This document shows positions 62,301 to 64,000 of a stretch of DNA of 64,000 bases, one piece after another. The stretch is taken from NCBI GenBank assembly GCA_010909165.1, contig MU008198.1, positions 62,001-126,000 on the forward strand. Direction: 5' to 3'. Within the stretch, counting starts at the first letter, position 1, and every line of letters begins with the position of its first letter. The notes below the pieces were generated by a model, which was given only the letters and a program-made list of their open reading frames with translations, had not been told where the DNA came from and ran no database searches. The translations under genes were made by a program, and so were the position numbers. Origin of the DNA: Anthoceros angustus. Lineage: Eukaryota > Plantae > Anthocerotophyta.

Positions 62301-63090
62301 TGCATATGGCAATGCCTGCAAGTACTTCTCTGCACCACGGTCACTCATGATCTTGGTGTCACGCATAACCGGGTCGATTCTTCGATAAGCCATCTTGTCC
62401 GACTTCATCTTGAAGTGTGACCGGAGATCTTCTCATCCGTGCTTGCAGGAAACTCCACCGAAGATGTCAAACATCTCTTCGATGGGATCGTCACTCCTGA
62501 CACCGCCCGTCAGACCGGTTCCACGAGCTTGAACGCTACTCACCGGGTCCTCCCAGCCGCCAATCCCTTGTGCTCGATAGCACGCCAATGCTTCATCCCC
62601 AAGTACTTGGCATTTGGATGAAGCCGATCGCTCGTGTATCCGGCCTTCAATTCCATCTCCGCACACACCGCACTGCATTTCTCGATGAAGTCCTCCGTGG
62701 CAAGGTGCCCGCCCCGTGAACAACTCCATTCGATCCTTGTCTCCTCCCATCTTGACGACTCCAAGAGACAAGTCCTCCTCATTGCCGCTCACCGAGTTGT
62801 CCCGGCAGACTAACGTGTCTTGTGTGTTGCCACCATGATCCTTCAAAGATTGTTGATTGTGTCGCTGGGTTCCTCCGCCCTTGGGTACCAAAATCGAGGT
62901 GTTCGCACTTCTCCTCTTGGTCGGGACTCAATTCGCCCGATGGACTTGCTGGTTGGTAGCTCCGTCCGGATCGAGTGTGTCCAGCATGCACTCCAGGCGG
63001 TTAGTGGCTAGATCAAACCCTTAATCAAGGTTAACACACCGCTATCTTAGATCGTGATTAGTGAAACCTCTAAGTATCTATGCATGTTAA
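59340..63090 (-). mobile_element. Ty3/gypsy-type retrotransposon: gag(CCHC) - aspartic protease - C5 DNA methyltransferase - truncated RT start
   Basis: gag knuckle ..GHNEAACWEKHPELRP (~62017-61960); protease EVLIDS...LGADALYKHRVMVDL (61245-60985); DNMT 60595-59670; pre-RT segment QQRRLKELLEASRHVFAF.LAEMG...FHIELIKNEPV (59500-59370), typical of gypsy pol. Frameshifted throughout. Confidence 0.8.
59670..60595 (-). pseudogene. DNMT3-like C5 cytosine methyltransferase domain within retrotransposon pol (frameshifted as assembled)
   Basis: Motifs in order across frames: I IVLVELFGGIGT (~60580-60545), II VHCDPD, III LPMDVR, IV VDLVIA(G)WECQGLSSA (~60332-60286), V KDP..ALFYD, VI GYMLENVP (~60193-60170), VIII FGSRAHRLRSMWTNL (~60088-60044), IX ERELAMG, X RCRLLGQAFDVNMM (~59732-59691). 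Confidence 0.85.
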
Positions 63091-64000
63091 AATGCATAGA
63101 TACTTAGAGGTTTCACTAATCACGATCTAAGATAGCGGTGTGTTAACCTTGATTAAGGGTTTGATCTAGCCACTAACCGCCTGGAGTGCATGCTGGACAC
63201 ACTCGATCCGGACGGAGCTACCAACCAGCAAGTCCATCGGGCGAATTGAGTCCCGACCAAGAGGAGAAGTGCGAACACCTCGATTTTGGTACCCAAGGGC
63301 GGAGGAACCCAGCGACACAATCAACAATCTTTGAAGGATCATGGTGGCAACACACAAGACACGTTAGTCTGCCGGACAACTCGGTGAGCGGCAATGAGGA
63401 GGACTTGTCTCTTGGAGTCGTCAAGATGGGAGGAGACAAGGATCGAATGGAGTTGTTCACGGGGCGGGCACCTTGCCACGGAGGACTTCATCGAGAAATG
63501 CAGTGCGGTGTGTGCGGAGATGGAATTGAAGGCCGGATACACGAGCGATCGGCTTCATCCAAATGCCAAGTACTTGGGGATGAAGCATTGGCGTGCTATC
63601 GAGCACAAGGGATTGGCGGCTGGGAGGACCCGGTGAGTAGCGTTCAAGCTCGTGGAACCGGTCTGACGGGCGGTGTCAGGAGTGACGATCCCATCGAAGA
63701 GATGTTTGACATCTTCGGTGGAGTTTCCTGCAAGCACGGATGAGAAGATCTCCGGTCACACTTCAAGATGAAGTCGGACAAGATGGCTTATCGAAGAATC
63801 GACCCGGTTATGCGTGACACCAAGATCATGAGTGACCGTGGTGCAGAGAAGTACTTGCAGGCATTGCCATATGCACTGCGCATGAAGGTGCAACAAGCGG
63901 TGCAAGCGAAGGGCAACACACCCTCAAGGAAGTGTACGAGATGGTGACAAGATAGGGCCGACACTTTCTCGTCTTTGTTGCAAGTGATTACTCCACAAGT
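62176..64000. repeat. Large near-perfect inverted repeat (fold-back) centred at ~63088, arms at least 910 bp, continuing past the window end
   Basis: ..tatctatgcat-gttaaa-atgcatagata..; 62176-63085 mirrors 63092-64000. The only difference noticed is one 1-nt indel (ccgggacaac vs ccggacaac). Confidence 0.95.

Noticed and set aside
1-64000. tRNA, rRNA or other structured ncRNA genes
   Set aside because: None recognised by eye; a tRNAscan-SE/Infernal search was not possible.

Overview
Eukaryotic, intron-rich DNA from a green plant lineage, most consistent with a streptophyte alga or early-diverging land plant (inference from gene content; the species cannot be fixed from sequence). The first ~25 kb is gene-dense. 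It holds an FSD3-type Fe-superoxide dismutase, a DUF2945/Hva1-Tudor-like protein, a decayed CRE-clade (RLE) non-LTR retrotransposon with an internal inversion, a Pro/Gln-rich organellar protein ending in an OSB-type PDF motif, TFIIH p52 (TFB2), a 6-phosphogluconolactonase, a GT90 glycosyltransferase, and a convergent secreted beta-helix protein whose paralog lies at 40.5-42.5 kb. Between and beyond the paralogs is a nest of Ty1/copia, LTR and CACTA remnants. The most striking element is at 59.3-63.1 kb (minus strand): a Ty3/gypsy-type retrotransposon whose frameshifted polyprotein reads gag(CCHC) - aspartic protease - DNMT3-like C5 cytosine methyltransferase - start of RT. Its 5' end is folded into a near-perfect inverted repeat of at least 0.9 kb per arm that runs off the window. 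Many 1-nt indels, near-identical tandem duplications and the fold-back may be long-read assembly artefacts. All calls come from manual motif reading; no searches were run.
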